Shown piece by piece: positions 57,763 to 64,000 of a stretch of 64,000 bases of DNA. The position numbers and the translations under genes were made by a program. Each line of letters opens with the position of its first letter. Positions within the stretch are counted from its first letter, which is position 1. Location: assembly GCA_030295235.1 (NCBI GenBank), contig AP026134.1:1054001-1118000 (forward strand), written 5' to 3'. The notes beneath the pieces are model-generated. The model searched no databases. It worked only from the letters and a program-made list of their open reading frames with translations, and had not been told where the DNA came from. The stretch comes from Fistulifera solaris (taxonomy: Eukaryota).

Positions 57763-59650
57763 CTAATCAACTCGACGCTTCTTGCTGGCTTTCTCCGAGT
57801 TAGATACTTTCTCCAATTCTTCAAGTGTGCTTTCGAATCTGTGTTCGAGACTCATGTGATTCTCTGGAGCTAGTCCCAGACAAGCACGCAAAATGTTTGT
57901 GATAGCCTGGCGCTGTGCAAATAAAGCATTTACAACTGGTGCGCCGTTCGGAACTAACGGGGCCTTCAACATGTAAGATAGCAAAGACAAAACTGGGTGA
58001 AATGCTTCCCATGGTTCCATGCCTTCCTTCCTCATGGTGATGCGTTCACATAACTCACCAAGTATCACAAGATCATAAATCAATGGAGTCGCGAGGAGTG
58101 AGTCTTCGCAAGTGTTGTGCATGACAATCGTATTCTTTCCTCCCATAAAAATCTCTGAAGTGTATTCATCCATGGCTCGCTTCGAATCAGCAACGTGAGG
58201 TACATATTTGATCACAACAACGTGGTCGGGATGTTCGTCTTTCTCAAAAAGAATGTTGTTTGATGCCACCATGTCATCGACCACATTCGATTTGGAAATT
58301 TCCTTTGATCGAAATTGATTCGGCGCGCTCAAGTTCTTGCCGTCGTTGTTGCCTAAATGGTTGTAGCTGACGATCGACACCGGCTTGATTCCGGCAGAAA
58401 CGAGAAAGTCAACGAGTACACTCTTCATCTTGGTCTGACCGCTCTTAAAGTCGTCGCCCGCGAGAAAGACCCGTTGTTGACGAGCGAGTTCGATTACTCC
58501 CGGAACAAATGTGTTCTGTGGAGAACCGTTGATGAATGTGCAACCTTCTAAAATAGAAGCCACGGCGAAAACAGTAGATGCACTAATCTCCGGTTCATCG
58601 CGCTTGATACTATTGAGTACAGTCGTGGCACGGTCATTCACTCCTTCTTCGACACTAGCAAAACGTTCCGTGTTGGCCGTCCACAGAATGATGACCTTGT
58701 CCAAGTTGTTCGTTGATTTGAAATCTCGAATATCTTTACGTAATTGTTCCATTTGTTCCTGCTTGGTTCCAGTGAGAACATTATTCGCACGCTCATTTTG
58801 ATTGGAAGCGATGAAATCCGGGAAATAAACCGACGGCAAAGGAACAATGTCCTTCATGTGAGGGTACAGTTGTTGCTGCAAGTCGTAATCGAGTACCTTG
58901 GCACGCTTCATCGCGTCCCCCAGATTCATGTTGTTGATATCCCATCCACCCCACACAATGTCATTGGGATGAATCATGGGGAGCATGTTGGATATGGGTG
59001 TATGAACAGCGTTTCCCATGGCGTCGTTGCCCAATTTGACCGTCGATGCCAACATGACACTTCCCCAATAATTAGCTTTCTTTTCTCCTTCCTTTGTTTG
59101 CCAAGTAAGTTTGAGTTTATTCGCTATTGCGCCAGCAATGCATGTGCTGCGACGAACAAGTAACAAAAATATTGTATCCAGACGTGAGTCCAACGAATGC
59201 TAGGTAGAAAATGTCGTCGATTTCCTCCTTCGTTCTTTTCTTACCATCCGTTGTTTCCTCCCATTCCCACCAACATGACTCCGAGCTAAAAAAAAAACAG
59301 CACAAACAAATGAGACAGCTTATCAATACGACTGAAGCAAAACTCTTCTTCCTTCCATGTCTTTACCTTGGGGACTTTTTCGTTCCGTACGAAACTGCAA
59401 TTTCGTTTCTACCGGTCGTACAACATTGCCTTCGACGAGAGTTGTTTCATAGCTGCAGTATCGCGTTGGAAGAAGAGAATGATTGACGATTGTTGATCGA
59501 CGATATCAGTATGTTGCTTTGTGTAAAAGAACGAATGCTAAAATGTTGCAACATGACTTACTTGAAATTCGCAATAATCGCATCCGATTTATACTGACAT
59601 TTACTCGATTGCACCGTAAATTGCTGATTCAAATTTGTGCAGCTCGACAT
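57763..59650 (-). CDS. INO1: myo-Inositol-1-phosphate synthase; introns 59453..59561, 59286..59366 and 59147..59244; 1-nt shift at about 59376-59380
   Basis: Spliced [13 protein letters not shown], plus [37 protein letters not shown] and [10 protein letters not shown]. Confidence 0.97.
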
Positions 59651-60135
59651 TCTTTCGAATCAAGTTTTTAAGTCTTTCTAGGAGCAACAAACACAAAAGG
59701 AAAACAACTATCTATTGTTTTCTCTATGATTCGCCACGAGAATTGGATCGGAAGGGCAGATAGCACTTTTCTCTTGGTACTTGTAAACGAAACAAGTAAC
59801 AAAAATGACGACGCCGGCACTGGCCATTTACTTTGTATTGCGCCACGAACAAAAGGCCACGAACCACTCGTCTCCTCATCTCAATCGTACAGTACTGGTT
59901 CGCTGCACTCTTTGAAGGACACATCACTCATCTCATCGGGTGTTCCAGCTCGTGACTCGCTTGAAATGCGAATGACCAGCTCGCGAGCGAACTTACACAT
60001 CATCGGAGTCACGTGTTAATCATGCTGCGACATTACCATTACTCGAGATGGCCGCTCGTGCGTCGTACGAAACAACCGGGTTCTTTTCTCCGCCGCGTTT
60101 CTTTTTTTGGCTTCGATGCTTCGATCTTTTTGCAA

Positions 60136-63124
60136 ATGATTTTGCGCACCTCGCGTCTTTTCCTGGTTTGCATTCTCTTTTTACGAATGCACGATATGAT
60201 TTCAAATCATACAAGCTTTTTATATAATATTACAACATGCAACTTCGCGCTCGAAATGAATCATCATCTTCGCGGCAAGATTTTCACCCAAGAACGGCGG
60301 CGGAAATGACTCTCGACGAGAAAATTGCACAAATGGCGCAAATCGACATTAATACAATGATTCGCGATGACGGAAACGGCGGAAAGGAGTTGGATCCAGA
60401 TGCCGTCGAAGAATGGATTGGAAGAAAAGGTGTCGGGTCGGTTCTGAACGTCGTGATTGGAGGATTCTGGACCGCTCCACAGTACCGACAAGCCGTCATT
60501 GACATTCAAAAGGTCGCGAAGCAATATCGTCGCCCGCCCGTGATTTGGGGTATTGACACTGTACACGGAGCCAATTACATTCGAGGCGCGGTGGTGACAC
60601 CGCAGGCTATCAATTTGGCGGCTACCTTTAATCGAACGGCGGCCTATCAAGCCGGAAAGCTCGGAAGTCGTGATACGCGTGCCGGAGGGATGCCCTGGTT
60701 GTTTTCTCCTTTGCTGGGACTTTCTTTGGAGTCCAGATGGGGGCGTGTTTATGAAACATTCGGAGAAGATCCGCTTTTAGTTGGTGAAATGGCGTCCGCC
60801 ATGATTCATGGGATTCAGGAACCCACAGGTGTGGGAATTCCTTCGAGAGCGGCAGCTTGCGGCAAGCATTTCGTTGGATATTCACAGTCACACAATGGAC
60901 ACGATCGCTCTCCCAGTGCTATCCCTAGACGTCACTTATATCAGTATTATGTCCCGCCCTGGATAACTGCCATTTCAAAGGCAAAAGTTATGACAATTAT
61001 GGAAAGTTACGTGGAATACGATGGAGTTCCGAATGTGGCGAATCACGAGGCACTGGTTTACTTGTTGCGGAATCGCCTGGGATTCAAAGGAATGCTGGTG
61101 ACAGATTATAGAGAAATCAAGAATTTAGAGGAATGGCATCACGTGGCGAAAAACTACCAAGACGCTGTTCAAAAGACGCTGGCGCATGGTAGTGTTGACA
61201 TGAATATGGTTCCTGCCGATTACGATGAGTTTCAAAAAGGTATCCAAGAAGGAATTGCTTCGCACATTTTAACTGAGGATCGCATTACTGTCAGTGCGGA
61301 CCGCATCATCAACCTGAAGCAAGATCTTGGCATGTACGATGAAGAAGTCACTATGGATGATGACAACCTCCCACTTGTTGGAACAGATGTAGATGATGTT
61401 TATGCGACGGTGGTTCAGTCGATCGTTCTTGCGAAAAACAATAACGCGACTCTCCCACTGAACACTACGAGAGGTGGTACAACAGATCGGATAAAAGTAC
61501 TTGTCACCGGTCCCACATCTTCTTCGCGAATTTATTCCACGGGAGGATGGACTGGTGAGTGGCAAGGGAGTTCCGATAGAGGCCGAAGATAAATGGTTCT
61601 CTTATGGTAACTCGTTGCTCGAAGCATTTCAATTGGAATCGTCGATGGATGTAACCTTTCGATGCGGCGTAGATATTCTAGGTGACAATTGCGAAGATAA
61701 GAATGTCAGTACAAGCCTCTGGAATGAGGCGGAAGATGAGGTGAGAGACTGGATGGGAATTGGCCAAGACACAGAATCGATACAAAGAGCTGCAGAAGCG
61801 GGCTCTGTTGCTGATGTTATTGTTGTTGCTTTGGGTGAAGAGCCGTATGCGGAGAAGCCAGCTGATATCCGATCACTTGATTTACCTGCTGGTCAGTATA
61901 GTCTTGTCAAGCAACTTCGTGACAGTGCCCCTCAAGTAAAAATTGTTCTTGTTTTCTATGGGGGTCGTCCACGTTTGTTGCGTCCGGTAATTGAATCGGT
62001 TGACGCGGTGCTGATTGGCTTTCTCCCTGGACCTAGTGCCGCGCGAGCCGTCGTCGATATCGTCACCGGTCGCGTAAACCCAAGTGGACGTCTTCCAATC
62101 ACCTACCCATCATTTGACGACGGAGGTGGTGTACCTTACTTCCGTGCTGTGTCAGATCAGTGCACGTTAGGAGAAGGTCTCTTGCCGCATTGGCAGTATG
62201 GACCATGTGAAGTTCAGTGGCCGTTTGGTCACGGACTGAGCTTTACGGAGTTCGAGTACAGTCAATTTCGTGCAACTGGTGGAATCGATAGGGATCTCAA
62301 CCTCTCCATTATCGTCAAGAATAGTGGAGACAGAGCTGGCGCGGAAACTGTGATGTTCTTTACGTTTGATGACTTCCGTCCAACCACACCCGAATATAAG
62401 AGATTGCGAGCATTTGAAAAGGTATTTCTGCACCCCGGTGAGGAAAACAACTGTCGAGCTGACCGTTCCGTTGGACAGTCTACGATTCGTTGGATCTAGC
62501 GATGATAGTCATTATGTGATTGACCCTTCAATGACTTCCTGGGTTGGCGTGGGACACGACACAGACTGTCGGTATGCGAGAGAAAAAGATAGCGAACTTT
62601 GTATTCATCTCGTGGCACAAAACCCCCGTGCAACCTACAGTGGTGCATGCGAAGCTGCCTGCAATGTTTGGCGTGAAAGCAACTGTTCCATCGTCTTTGG
62701 TATGGTGGCGGATCGATGCGTTGACATGTGCTTTGACGACGGACGCTATCTCTCAAAAGAAGACGGTGGTGATCACGAAGGTTGGGGTTGGAACTACGTA
62801 AAGTGCATAGAATCTGTCGTTTACGGCTTTCAGGAGTCCGGATCAAAGGACCAATGCTGGCAGATGACATCTTTGTGCCGCGATATTTTTCATACCAGTA
62901 GCTTGTACGAGTCTGGATCAAGCTGGAGACATGATCGATCGTCATTTCAACAACAAGGCGTACCCGAAGCCAACTATGTTGCTTTGGTAATTGGATTGGT
63001 TGCCAGTGCTGTCGTGTTTGTCTTGATGCGTGGAGGTTGGGGCAGTTTTAAAAGGCAACGGCGAGAACCCGGGAACGCAGAGTTGGAATTTATGGCAGTT
63101 AATACCCAAGAAGTGCCTGCCTAG
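60136..63124 (+). CDS. Glycoside hydrolase family 3 beta-glucosidase with FnIII, Cys-rich domain and C-terminal TM; several frameshifts (about 60200-60300, 61566, 62446); start uncertain
   Basis: Motifs GIDTVHG, GRVYETFGEDP, KHFVGY, nucleophile LVTDY, LGEEPYAE, PFGHGLSFT and KRLRAFEK, with TM YVALVIGLVASAVVFVLM. Confidence 0.9.
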
Positions 63125-63437
63125 GAAGGAAAGATGTTATGTACAAGTAGATCGATATTTATTGTAAGGTCTTAGCAACAATACAGTGGTCAGGCGTCCT
63201 CAAGCAACATTTGTCTCGAAAGCGTATACTAGCTTGTAGTGCATCTGGAGAAGCAATGAGAAGTATCGCATCGTCACCAGCACTTCTTGTATCAACGACT
63301 AAACAGAAGCTTTTTTGTGACCATCTCTCAAACGAATTCGAATGACCTAATCGGTAGTTGCCATCATTCTGTACAATATTGTGTTGCAATTGCTCGGCAT
63401 TGTATGGCGGGACAGCGATAAAGAAGAATGAAACTTA

Positions 63438-64000
63438 TCACTGTGCTTTCTCGCACGGGGGCGGTGGGAGCAATATTTCATTGAACAAGGATCTCGGAAT
63501 CTGTTCAAAAATAGGTTCAAGCGGAGGTGGAAATACATCGTCCCAAATCTTCCAGCGATCGGAACAGCAATAAGCAGGGCATTTCCCCTGTGCTGCCTTT
63601 ACCAGATCGGATGTTCCTATCTTGTTTACAATATACTCGCTCGTAACGCAATCACAGCCCACCAACACCAACTGAATGTTGCCATTTTTGACGCTTTCTA
63701 ACATTTTAGAATCTGAGAGACATTTAGATCTTTCCAAGTCTCCCGCCATCAGGATACCTTCGTCTCCTGGAGTACTCCGACTACAAACGACTTGAACACA
63801 ATAGTGTATTTGTTGAATGCGTTTCAGAGTCGCTAACAAGGTTGAGGAGCGACTGAACACGCCAATTACAAAGGACTCCCCATTGTATTGTTGTATTTGC
63901 TCAGAGATCCGACGCACGGCGAGTTCCACCGCTCGATTAGCTTCTCTATCCAGCGACGTCTGTATTTCAGCCAACATCGCTGATAGTTCTTGATCGGACG
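63438..64000 (-). CDS. eIF-2B alpha/beta/delta (IF-2B) family protein, 3' part
   Basis: Motifs FSRSST, STPGDEG, VLVGCD..IVNKIGT and FEQIP. The frame is open to the window edge. Confidence 0.75.
   Translation of the reverse strand, partial: SDQELSAMLAEIQTSLDREANRAVELAVRRISEQIQQYNGESFVIGVFSRSSTLLATLKRIQQIHYCVQVVCSRSTPGDEGILMAGDLERSKCLSDSKMLESVKNGNIQLVLVGCDCVTSEYIVNKIGTSDLVKAAQGKCPAYCCSDRWKIWDDVFPPPLEPIFEQIPRSLFNEILLPPPPCEKAQ

Noticed and set aside
7197..63124. Pseudogenes or programmed ribosomal frameshifting in the split genes
   Set aside because: The breaks lie mostly in homopolymers, go in both directions, share no slippery motif, and hit essential genes whose motifs are otherwise intact.
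1..64000. tRNA, rRNA, spliceosomal snRNA, telomere or transposase/RT genes
   Set aside because: No diagnostic motifs were recognised by eye. A covariance-model search was not possible.

Overview
Gene-dense eukaryotic nuclear DNA, most likely from a pennate diatom. This is inferred from short GT-AG introns of about 70-150 bp, bipartite signal+'AF' plastid presequences, a diatom-type cyclin and compact intergenic spacers. The window holds about 35 protein genes: TSPO tail, Nup133, a degenerate Sey1/RHD3-like protein, cytochrome P450, NDUFA5, a Pro-1 tautomerase-like protein, a giant WxxEAR-repeat protein, an FAD monooxygenase, a DIX protein, a TTL-like ligase, a tandem Rdx protein, cyclin, AUH, MsrA, GlyRS, BIO3-BIO1, Hikeshi, two GNATs, a CK2-like kinase, RPL35, RPT4, FSH1, Mpv17, RUS1, INO1, GH3 and an eIF2B-like protein. 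More than 20 apparent frameshifts, mostly in homopolymer runs and including GlyRS and RPL35, point to long-read consensus errors rather than pseudogenes. No rRNA, tRNA, CRISPR or autonomous mobile element was recognised. The most interesting signals are: (1) a BIO3-BIO1 fusion whose aminotransferase half lacks the PLP lysine; (2) a 24-28 bp palindromic element (TCATGACTGAWATGCAGTCRTGGT) repeated in several intergenic regions, one copy next to a 14x18-bp array; (3) a very large protein built from a WxxEAR repeat with an internal duplication; (4) a pair of Tyr-rich RRCSVTKYSL paralogs; (5) a signal-peptide-bearing, P-loop-less Sey1/RHD3-like protein. Family assignments come from motif recognition, not database searches.
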